Shown here: piece after piece, positions 47,001-59,000 of the stretch
Position numbering within the stretch: the first letter of the stretch is position 1
Layout of the letters: every line of letters starts with the position of its first letter
DNA from: an uncultured Elusimicrobia bacterium
Lineage (GTDB): Bacteria; Elusimicrobiota; Elusimicrobia; F11
NCBI GenBank assembly: GCA_964405835.1
Contig: CAYOPN010000004.1
Coordinates: 4,082-68,081, forward strand
Direction: 5' to 3'
DNA: 64,000 nucleotides
Position numbers and translations under genes: made by a program
The notes under the pieces: generated by a model
Databases searched by the model: none
The model's input: only the letters and a program-made list of their open reading frames with translations
What the model was told of the DNA's origin: nothing

Positions 47001-50000
47001 TTTTGTTGCTGGTCCATGAAGCTACCGAATTATCAGTGCGCAAAGACGGCGAAACCATCACGCCGAACCTCGTCGCCGAGGTGAAAGCCATACTGAAAGA
47101 AGCGGACGCGTACCGCTACATCCTCGGCGAGGTTGAAAAAAACGATTTAAAAAAATTGCTTCGGGAAATTGCGGACACCGAAATCGGCATGCCCGACCGG
47201 TTCACGCAGGTATTGCAATTGTGGGACCGCCTCGCCGATCCCGAGCTCGCCAAAGAAATCATTTTGGGAGAGCTGGTCGAATTGATTCTCAACGCCGGCG
47301 ACGTGACGTTGAAAGGGTGGAAATCAGTCAAAGAATTTGTCGATGATTTCATGGGCCGGCCGGATCCGCTCGAACTTGGTGACGTGATCGGATTGAGTCG
47401 CGAAGGAACGTTTTCTTTTAAGAAACACCACAACCACATGAAGATTTCTCCGGATGGAAAGAATTTGTTGATTGCTGACAGGGATGGATGGACGCTATTG
47501 GTTCCGAGCGATTTCGAACCCGGCACCAGCTATGAAACCCCTTCCATTCGCGTTGGAATAAAAGTGGACGACATTGCATTCTCAGCCAACGGACGCATGG
47601 TCGCCTTTGCGCATGAAAACGGATATGTGACGTTGGGAAAAATCGGCGTTCAGACCAACCGCAGCTCCCCAATTCCAATCGAAGAGGTCACGTCATCAAA
47701 AATAAATGAAGATGGCGTTCGAAAAATACTTTTCACGCACGACGATCATTATCTGATCGTGTTTTCCAATTCCGGCTGGGTCAGCTTCCATGCGGTGATA
47801 TGGGACCAGGAAAAAACATCCATAACCGAGTTGAAAGCCCCCTCTATCTCCTATCAATTGGGTCAAAACTTCAGATGGTGGGACATGGCCGCTTCTCTGG
47901 ATGGAGAAACTCTGGTGTTCGGCGGAGAATCTCTTGTGCACGACGGCCCTCTGAACAAGGGAAAGGTTGTGGCCCTAACGCTTTTACGAGAACCCATGAA
48001 TGGAAAGATCCGATCATTTCAAGTCAAATGGTCTACCCCCATAAATGTGGCCATCCATAAAATCGCCATCTCTCCCGACAACCGGCTTTTGGCACTGAGA
48101 GGAGGCGATGAAATTTGGATCGCCGACGCCCCGCATGCCAAGAATATGCGCAAGGCCCCATTGCAAGGACAAAGAAGCCCCACGCCGATGTTCCTTTCCG
48201 ACAACCAGACACTCGTTGTGGAGAGTGATTTTGGGCATGTGGAAATTTTCCACCTTTCCCGGACTGGCCAAGATTTGAAAGAAGTAAAAAAAGTCGCCGG
48301 CCGCACCATCGGAATGCGCATTGGAGACATCGCGGTCTCACCAGATCAGTCTCATTTGTTTGTGCTCGATTACAACGATGAGGTCATCAAATTTGACTTG
48401 AAACGCGCCCACGAGCGCACCACCTCAGGGCCGGCAGGCCGGTCCAACGACGATCTTCAGGAAGAGATCCGAGACCTGCTCTTGATGCTGGAAGATTGGG
48501 AAACGCAGTTAACGCCTTACTATTTCACTGAGGATCATGGTAAAAAACCACTCTTGTCATCCATTATCGATTCCCACATCGCGACTCTGCTTGATTTGTT
48601 GGCGGTCTTTCCAAAACCCGATGCGCCAACGGACGAAGAGAAAATTCAAAAATTTCCAGAAATTTTAACGGGACTTCTCATGCCATTCGAGACCCCAACA
48701 AGGGACGCGAACGTGCAGCCCCGTCAGCGGCTTAAAGTAAAAGTTATTTTAAAAGTGATGGCCGACCTTTTATTAGAACAGGAAGAACCATGGGAAGCTG
48801 ATTTGAGCCGTATGGATGTCACTTTCATCGAGAAGGTCATGCAAATTTTTCTTCTCGAAGTCATTCGAATCATGACGGAAGAAATGAAAAATACGGACGC
48901 AAAGACATTCGAAACCCACCTCGACGAATTCATTGACCCGCTTTATCCCTATAGCATGCGAGGACCTTTGAAAAAGAAGGTCCTCAATCAATTCAATAAA
49001 CAATTTGCATCGCCCTCTCACACCCATTTGCTGACCGAGCTCCCGCCGGCTTACGGGCGCGGGCGGGCGCCGCACAGAGAAAAAGGTGGCATCAACGAGA
49101 AAATCGCGGCCGCGTTTGATCGCGGGGACGCGATCGTGATTGATAACAGTGAGCATCGACGATTGGGGCAAGCGCTGAAGGCGGCCGCGGCGCAGCAGAA
49201 AGACGCAACGCTCAAGCTTCCGGAGCTGATTGCGTTTTTCAATAAAACCCAGGTGGTGTTGGTCCAATCCCCAACCGCGATCCCCGGTCTTTATATTCGC
49301 GGCCCCGACGATTACGCGGTGGCCCATTTCGGCCACTACAAAGGCCGCAACAGCATCTTCATCGATACCGACGTCTTTAACTTCCTCAAAGAAAATCCCG
49401 CCCAACTCCCCGCGCTGCTCTTCTACGAATTGGCCAAAGTGGCCGGCCATGATCAGGGCCTGGCCGAAAAAATTGAGGCCGCCATCGCCGGCAAGGAACT
49501 GTCGGCCGCCGTCCAAGGGTTCATCGAGGAAAAAATCGAAGCGCATCCGACCCGCTCCAACGTAATTGCCTACTACGTGGCCCGCGAAATCATGATGACA
49601 GCTCTGATATCCGGCAACGCCCACGCCTACCGCCGCGCGCTCGAAGAATGCGCGGCGCAAGCGAAATTGGCGGAAGAAAAATTGGATGGGCCGGCCGAGG
49701 ATGTTTTGTCGCCCATTGTGCGGTTGCTGCGCTGGACCGACAAGTTGCTGTTCAATAATAAAGGAATCGGCGACGACCTTGAGCTGGTCCGCGTGCAAGA
49801 AGAACAACTCACAAAAGCCGAGAAAAAAATCATCGCAGAAGAAACGGACATGTTCCTCGAAGCGCTAGGGTTCGATGAAGAACTCCAAAAGGACCTGGCC
49901 CGAAAAATTAAGTTGATCACCTATCCGCTCACGATGCTCAACATGATGCCGCATTCGATCGAAGGGATCCGGTTCACTCCGGCAGCGCTTAAATCAGTGG

Positions 50001-53000
50001 CGGAGTTGTTCAATATGTTTGCGCTGTGCCAAACGAACGGCATGGGCGGCATGGTCATGTTCAGTGGCATTTTGGAAAAAGATCTCACCATTCAGCTTCT
50101 CCAAACCGGCAACCTGTCGTTTTTCAAAGCGGCATTTCTGCATGAAGTGACCCATTATTTGGCATTTCAAAACGCGCTTCCATTTGACGGCGGCCATGAA
50201 ACCATCACGCAAGCGATCTCAACCGCTGTGTTATTGGTCGACGGCGGCGTGCCAGGACTAATGGAACCGCTCGGCGATCATGCGGAATCTAAAAAAATTC
50301 AAGGTGATTTGGTCGCGTTGGCTGAGAAGAGGGCCGGAAGCGATGCCGTACCACCCAATCAGGCGGGAATCACCAACATTGTGCAGGCTTATTTGCGCAA
50401 ACATGCCCCCGACGTTCTAAAAGGAACTCCCGCGCAGGTTCAAGACCAGATACAGCGAATGAGCGGCGTTTATCTGGGCGCTTTTGCCTGGGCGCATTGG
50501 AAAAAAGACAAAGAAATCAATGTCTACAAATTGATTATTGATTATGGAAAACGCCACTTGCCGCGCGTCCGCAATGCCGATTACCGGCGGAATTTGACCT
50601 ATCGCGATAGGCTCCTTATCGATGAATTGATCCGTGAAAAACTCGCGCCCGTCGCGCAAGTGACGCTGCCCGACGCGCAAGTCCGGTTCGTTCCGCGCTC
50701 GCGCCGTGACCTTGAAAAACCCGGCAAAGGAACGTGGAATTACGAGCGATTGCCCGATCACAAGCTCCATTACATCCCCTGGGACCTGATTGAATACGGA
50801 GAAGACGCCTCGGTCGGCCTAACACTTCAGGAAATCTTCCGTTCGAAGTTTTCCAGCGAAGACGTGATCGAAGAAGATTTCAATAACCTCTATTTCCGGC
50901 TGCTTTTCGGCATTGCCGAAACCAACCGGTTTGTGGCCCACGGGCTTTCTGAAAACCCGGGCCGCGTCGAGGAAATAGAAGCGTTCTATCGCAAGAAATT
51001 GCGAATCATGGATTTGGAGATTGAGAAAGAACGCATGGCCGAGAAATCCCAGTTCGTCCAATTCCTCGACGGCCTCTTGTACGCGTTGATGATGACCAAG
51101 GACGAAAAGGAAATCGTCCACGACCCGCGCGTCACCGATACGGAAGTGAAAGCCGCGCTTGATAACGCGATCCCGATCCTTTTCGGCGCGGTGGCGATGG
51201 ATAAACAAGGTTTCTATGAGGTTGTGCGCGATGAGGTTTGGCCGGCCGTCCAGAAATTATTGGAGCAGGACCTCGAGAAACTTAAACGGTCTGAAGAGGA
51301 AAAGCAGGCCATTAACGACATGCTCGAAAAAGGCGAAATCGAAATCGCCGATCCCGATGAAGAGATGATGAAGGGGAAATCAAAACCAAAACCCGGCGAC
51401 AAAATAAAGATCTCGTTATCGTCGGACGGCGAAGGTGATTTCGACATGGACGATCTGTCCGAAAAAGCCCGGGAGAACCTGCAAAAGGCCATCGACGAAC
51501 ATTTGAAGAAAATGAGCGCAAAGGAACGCGAGGAACTTGCCAAGAAAGCCGGCGCGAAAGCCAAGCAGGAGATGGGCAAGCAAGCGCGCGAAGCGGCCGG
51601 CGGAATGTCGGACGTGACCGGCGAAAGACGCGGCAAACCATCCGGCAAAGGCAAACCGCAAGGAAGCGGAAAACCCGGAGGAAATCTCGAGCAAGACGTT
51701 AAAGACCTCCATGATCTCGCCGATCAAATTGAAAAAGAAGCCGGCGCCGTGGAGCGTGCGGCCGAAGACGCCCAAAAGAACGCGGGCAAAGCAGGAACGA
51801 AAGCCGGCGCGATTGACCGCCAAGGCGGCGGCAACAGCGCGCAAGGACAAGGCATTAACGATTCGGTCGAGGAATTGATTGAGAAATTAAAAGAATTGCG
51901 GGAAAAAGCGCGCCGTTTCCAAGACAAGGCGGAGGAAATCGGCGGCCATTCCGATGATTTGAACGATGGACTGGAAGGGGAGAAATTGTCGGACAAAGCG
52001 CAGGACTTGCGGGACAAGATGCGCGACAAATCCGACGCAATCGAACGACTTGGCCAGGAATTGAACGACAAGGCCGCCGAAGCCGACGAAATCGCGCACG
52101 AGAGCGCGGCCCAGGGCGAAAAGCTTAAAGAAATGCTCGACATGGACCCCAAGCGCGTCGACAGCATCAAGGGTCATGCGCAAGATATTCAAAAGAAAAT
52201 CAATGAAGTCCGCGAGAAGCTTAATCAAGTCCGCAAAGACGCCGAAGAGGCCGTGACGGCCTCCGAGCAGCTCAGCAGCGAGTCCGGCGAACTGCAAGAA
52301 CAAATTAAGCGCGACACACCAATCGTCAGCGAGGGAGAGGAAGACGAAAACAATCCAAACGTGGGCGACCCGGGGGGCCACATTTCAGCGCGTAAAAAGG
52401 AGCCGCGCGACAACAATGAACGCAAGCGGGTCATGGCCAAAGACAAAAAAGGAACGAGCGGCCCGAAACACTCCATGGACCCGAAAATAAACGAATTAAT
52501 TAAGGAGTATTTGGAAGACAACGAGGACATTGATTTCACATCGGCCGCAGAGCGCGACCTCGAACAAAAGCAGGCGCTCGATCAATACACCGGCCTCACA
52601 GAAGGACAGCGGGTCGCCTACAACAAGATCCGCGACATTTCCGCGGAATATGAGTCCACGCTCAGAGAAGAAATTTTAAACGCGTTGGACGCCACCGAAC
52701 GCTCCGACATGATGCGCCGTCAGCGCAAAGGCCGCATCGATCCGCGCCGCCTGTCCATCGTCGAAACCGGCATCACCGACCCGTTCCAGATCAAACGCGA
52801 AGCCAATAAAAAGAAGCTGCGGATTTCAATTTTGATCGACGTAAGCGGCAGCATGTATCATGACCCGAACAACTTGGACCTGCAAAATCCCACCAGCGCC
52901 ATGCTCGCTTCCTCGAACCGGATAAACAATGCCATTAAGGTCGTCATTCTGTTCCTCGAAGCGTTCCGCGAAGACCCGCGCGTGGAGATCGAAGTCGGGG

Positions 53001-56000
53001 CCTTCGCCTCAACGCAAAAGATATTCAAAAAGTATGAAGACCCCATCACCGATGAATTAATCTACAAACTCATTGATCAATTGCTAAATCACAATCTGGG
53101 TCAGGATAACTCCGACTTGGCGGGCCTTTCCATGATTGTTATTTCCATGCGTGAGCGCGAAGCCAAAGAAGGCCCCGCCGCCAAATTGGTCACTGTCGTT
53201 GCCGACGGCGGCATCCATCCTTCCGACCGGCCGGGAATTGAGCAAATCCTTACGGAAAATACCGACATCGCGTTCATGGCGTTCGGGATCGGGTCCCAAG
53301 CGGCCGATGTGAAAAACGCTTACGCGCCGTTTGGCAGGAGTGTTAACGCTCTCTCAAAGCTGGTGGAAGAAACGGGCGAATGGCTGAAAGAGCAAGCCGA
53401 CCGCCTGATGAGCTTCGAATTTCTTTTGCTCATCGGGACCGTCGCGCTCTTCTTCAACAGTGGGCCCTTCAAACTGGGGATGCCTCTTTTGATGATGATG
53501 TTGTTGTTCGGATCCGTATTGGGCGTTGTCGTGCCGTCGATCTCCATTACCAAGAATCTGGACACAGAAAATTTTGAAGTGGTTCCCAGTAACGGCGACC
53601 GTTATTTGCAGGTCAAAAACGGCAAATACCCGACCTTCAAAGCGAAAATCAACGGCGAGGGCATCAACATTCCCAACGAAGAAATGCTCGAGACCGAAAC
53701 CAACGTGAAAGACGTGGTCAAAATCATCAAACGCGTCCAGCGGCAATATCTGGACCGCAGCCCGCTCTACATCGAAGGAGAGGCCGGCACCGGAAAAAAC
53801 AAAAAAATCTATTACTCGGCCAAGTTGATGCGCAAATCCGTGCGGTTCATGGCGCTGCACGAAGACGTGCACGAGGATGACCTGGTGGAACGTCGCGGCG
53901 TTGGCGAAAAAGAGCATGGAAAAACCGATTGGATCTTACAGCCGCTGGTAGAAGCCATGCGAAACGGTGATTGGATTATCTTTGACGAAGTGAACAAAGC
54001 CAAACCGGAAGTGATGGCACGACTGAACCAAATCGTGCAATCGCGCCGCGTCATGTTGCACGACGGAACAGAAGTCACCGCGAAAGAAGGTTTCGCGATC
54101 ATCATGACCGGAAACCCGCCGCCCAGCGCCAACGACGCCGAGGTCTACCACGTCAACAAACAGTCCGCCGAAATGCTGGACCGCCTTCGTGGCATGCGCA
54201 TCGGATATCTGCCGGACAAAGAAGAGTTGCAGCTGTTGCTTTCCATATTGATGAAGAGACGGGGTTATACCGACGTAAAACAAATTCCCGCTGCGGACCA
54301 AAAATTCCTCAAGGAATTGATCGATGCCGCCAATTTGATCCGCGACAACTACGAGGGGCTGGACAAGGCCACCGGCCGCAGCCGCCGCGGCAAGATGATC
54401 GCGCGCCCGCTTTCAACACGCTCTCTGGTCAACATCACCAAGCGGCTGGCTGATTTTCCAGATGATCGAAAACGGCCGCGGTCGTTGGTGCGGCGGTTTT
54501 ATTCCTACGAATGGAGCAAACCGGCCCAAATCAAAGCAGTGGAAGCGGCGCTCGACAACAAACTGACCGAAAAAGATGAAGACCTGATATTCAACGACAA
54601 AGATTTGAAGGGGCCTGAATACACCGAAGAAAAAGGCGTCCGTTACCTGAAATTTAAAGGAATCAAAGTGAAAGCCGGCCCCGGAGCGCCGGCGAAATTG
54701 GCCGACATTCCGCTCGACATGCGGGTGACATGGACCGAGACCAACCTTCGGTATCTCTATGAACTAATGATGGACTTCGGGCAAGAGAACCACATGCTGC
54801 TGATCGGTGAGGCCGGCACCGGCAAGGACCTACTGGCGGAATATCTCTGTTACGCACTGCACGGACCAAAATTTGACACCTTCGGTGTAACGCGCAACGC
54901 GATGGCGGAAGATTTGGTGGCGTATCTGGGCCTTGGTGAAGGAACGAAAATGGACGAGAAAGGAATGCTGGTCGCCGCGGGGAAACACGAAACCGGGATT
55001 GTTCCGGCGTATGTGGTACGCGCCATGGAAGCCGGACGACCCATCATTCTGGACGAAATCAACAAAGGCAAACCGGAAGTGTTTGCCGTGTTGAATAACA
55101 TCCTCGAATACAAATGGATCGATCTGGCCAATGGGAGGCGCGTCCATGCCCAACCCGGATTCATGATTATCGCCACCATGAACCCTTCCAATAAAAAGGC
55201 CTATCTCGGAAACTTTGACCTCTCCGGCGAATTTTTGGACCGGTTCTCGGTCCACAAATTCGATTACTTGAAACCCGGAGAAGAAGCCACCATCCTGTCG
55301 CAATTTAACGATGACCTTATCGCTGAGGATGGGCTCCGCTTCGGAAAAATCAGAAAAGAAGTCATCAACCGGCTGGTGGCAACGACGAACGTTCTCAGAG
55401 AAAAATACCGGAACAACCGGCTTCCGCACCCGGTGTCGATGCGCGCCGAAAAGCGCATGATCGTGACGCTGGCCGAATATCCGGAAGAATACAAGGACTT
55501 AAACGAATTGCTGGAAGAGTGCTTTGTGTTCAGCGATCCGGTCCATCGCCAAGCGGTCTTGGAAGCGGCCAAAGCGGAGAAGCTCGGCGAACTCAAAGAC
55601 ATCATTGAGGTCCGGATTGGCGTGGGCGATGCCGAAATCGACGCCGTGTTGGAAAAAATAAAATCGGAAAGCGAGAAAGGACATGCACCCGATGAATGGA
55701 CACAGCAATGGATCCAGCTGTTGCGACGGTTGGATGGACTGCTGGGGAAAAAATCGGCTGCCAAAAAACTGACTCCGGAATTGCGCTCCAAGACCAAGGC
55801 CATTTTGGAACGAATGGTGGCGACACTGCTCCCGCCCCCGCTTGCAGGACGCGCGCTCTTGGGAGCGTTAATCAATCATGTCCGCTCCCGGCTGGATGGA
55901 GTGGAAGTACCGGAGCTTCCGGAAATAACGTCGGAAATGAGCCATGCCGAATGGGGGAATGTACTCCAAAATCTAACCGTGATAATCGACTTTACGCTCC

Positions 56001-59000
56001 TGCCCGAAGATTTTGAGAAAAAAACTCTCATAGAAAAATCGGCTGGTGTGATTGTGGTGCCAGACCGGAAGCCAACGGCGCGCATGGAAACGATCGGCGG
56101 CGCCACCTTCCTTGTCGTCAATGGCGTGGCCAACGCCGCATCGTTTAACGAAGCCGCCTCCTTGGCGCTTCAAGTTTACGCCAAGGCAAAAATGGGGGAG
56201 GGGAAGGGCGTTGAAAAATTCCCGTTTTATTACCGGGTTCTTAAAGCCGCTCACCGCCAAAAGCCGTCCGATGCGCGAATGCTCGGCAAAGGATTCACGG
56301 AGTCCGGCCTTCCCAAGGAATTCATCGACAACTTTATTGAACTCAATGATTCGTCATGGCGTCAGAAAAACGCGATGCTCGTGAACCGAAAACGCAACGC
56401 GTTGATGGTCCAACTGGATTCCCTGAAAATTTCCGATCAGGAGAAAAAAGCCTTGTTGATAGCCTTGAAAATCTTTTCCGCCTCTTACGATCCACTTACC
56501 AAGGACGTCGACGCGCGTTTATCTAAATTAACCGTTGTTTCCTCTCGATTAGGGTTCAAGAAAGAAAAACCGGCGGGGGCGGTCGACCCAATCGGACGCG
56601 TTGATGAAAGTTCGCTTGCCGCGGCGTTCGAGAAGGCGCTTGAACGGTTTAAGGCCCAACATGCCGATTTATACGAGGAGTTATTGCTCCGCATCACACC
56701 GCCCGGGGAAAACACCGTCCCCCAAATCTATTGGGCCAACAATCTCCCATCGGCCGCCGGCATTGTCGAAATCGAAGGCATCACGGGGTTGATGTTCGAC
56801 CCGGGAATGAAGAGCATTCTTAAAGCGGAACTGCTCTCGAAAGACAAGCTCCGCGTTATGGCGGTCGTGAATCTCTTTTATCTGCTGTTGGTGCATGAAG
56901 CGATGGAGGTGTCGGACCGCAAAGAAAACGACACGCTGCGGCCGAATTTTCTCAGCGAAATAAAAGCGGTGATCGCCGAAGCGTACGCTTTTTCCAGGTT
57001 GAGCCTTGATGAAAACCAAGCGCTCGGGCGCCTTTACGAGAAACTGGATGCCGGGAAGGGCCACCGCGGATTTGGGCTGTTATGGGATTTATTGAACAAG
57101 TTCAAAGGGGCCGCCATCGAATGCAAAGCCGGGCTGATGGCCCTAATGGACCTGCTGATGATCGACCCCGATTACGCCGGTGCCGAAAAATCCCCGGACA
57201 AGATACGGGCCGAATTAAAAGCGTCGCACGACGTAGACGAGCCCCGGAAAGTTTCGACGGGAACAGAACCTGATTTCGAAAAAATATTTCAAGACACACT
57301 CCCGGGCGGGGTGGCCGCTTTTTCATTGTCGGAGGAAACCGACGAATACGTGGTGGCCGGCCCCGATTATTTCCGGCTTTACTCAAACCACAGGAGCATC
57401 ATCGATCAAAACTTGAGGGACTCCCAATTGATGCACGAGGTCAAAGTGGGGAAAAACATCGCGGCCATTAAGCTCCAACGCGATAAGAACCAAATTCTCG
57501 TCGCTTGCAGCGATGGAACATTGTTGGGTTATCAACTCCTGGCAAACGAAGAAGGGGCCATAACCGGCATCAAAAAAATATTTAAACAGAACCAGAACCC
57601 TGGGATTTTATTCCTATTGCCTTTCTTTTCTCCGCGGCTTATCGCTACTTTCTCCCCGAACGGCGGAAGCGTGGTGTTTGCCAATCCGCGGACCGGCAAG
57701 TTCTTTATAGTGGGCATCCCGTACCCCATAAGTGGTTACCACCATACGAACATCATTTACAAGGGCCGGGCAGGGGAGGGGATCATCAAAATCGCCATTG
57801 CCCAAGATGGGCGCACCGTTGTGTTTCACAGCGCCGCCAAAAACCAGCTGGACATCCTGAGTATCAATCTAAGCCAAGAGCTACGTTTCCACAACGTGAT
57901 GGAAATGGCGACTGATGAGCTAATTTACGAACCGGTATTTTTATCTGGAAACTCCCTCGCCATACGTTTACAAACATCCTATGGAGAGTTCCTTCGAGTT
58001 TACGCGCCACTGTTTATTTTCAATAACGCATGGCATGCCAACTTCAAGGAGCACAAATTCCATGAAGATCCCACGAAGCTAAAGTTCTCTCCCGAAAACC
58101 CGAAAATCCTTCACATCACCGCGGGTGATGTTCAGTTATTTCAACTCTCACATGGAGCATACCCGCTCATGCGTCTGAGCGAAGCCCATACAACAGCGGC
58201 AGCACTCTTTCCAACCGAAGAAGCCATCTTTGTCGGCAACGACAACTCCTTCTCAATATGGCGGATCGGAAAAAAGGGGAACATCAGTGGCAAGGTGGTT
58301 TCCTCCCGCCTCGGGTTCAAGAAAGAGAAACCGGCGGGCGCGGTTGAACCGGTCGGGCGCGTTGCTGAAAGCGCGCTTGCCGCGGTGTTCGCGAAAGCGC
58401 TCGAACGGTTGAAGTCGCAGCATCCCGATTTGCACGGAGCCATGATCAAACGCATCACGCCATCAGGTGAAAATGCGGTCCCGCAAATCTACTGGGCCGA
58501 GAATCTGCCATCGGCCGCCGGTGTGATTGAAATCGACGGCCTGACCGGCGTGATGTTCGACAGTGAAATGAAACCGGTGTTGGAAGCGTTCCAGGGCAAT
58601 GCTCAAGAAGAACGTGCGATTGAAAATCTTTTCTATCTGCTGTTGGTCCACGAAGCCAAAGAAACCGCATCCCGCAAACCCAATGAAGCGATTACGCCGC
58701 ACATTCACCATGAAATGTCCGCGGTGTTGGAAGAGGTGCGAAGCTACTTGAAACTGACGATGGGTGAAGTAAAAACGCTCGACCGGTTGTTCATAAAGCT
58801 CGATGAGGGAAAACTGCACGAACCGTTCCGATCGGTTATCAGGATTTATGACCTATTCACCGCGACGACCGATCTCCTCAAAGAGGGATGGGCGAAGCTT
58901 TTGGCCCTCATCAAGCAGGACGATGAATACTCAGGACAAGAACTGTTGAAAGCCAAACCGTCGTGGTCGGCCACGGTTGCAAGCGCCATTGCCACCAACC

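Noticed and set aside
51262-52545. The charged low-complexity tract as a tandem DNA repeat, a separate gene or an assembly artefact.
   Set aside because: I saw no nucleotide-level periodicity. The frame is continuous with flanking domains that have clear motifs. Comparable acidic tracts precede vWA domains in CobT/NorD/midasin-type proteins.
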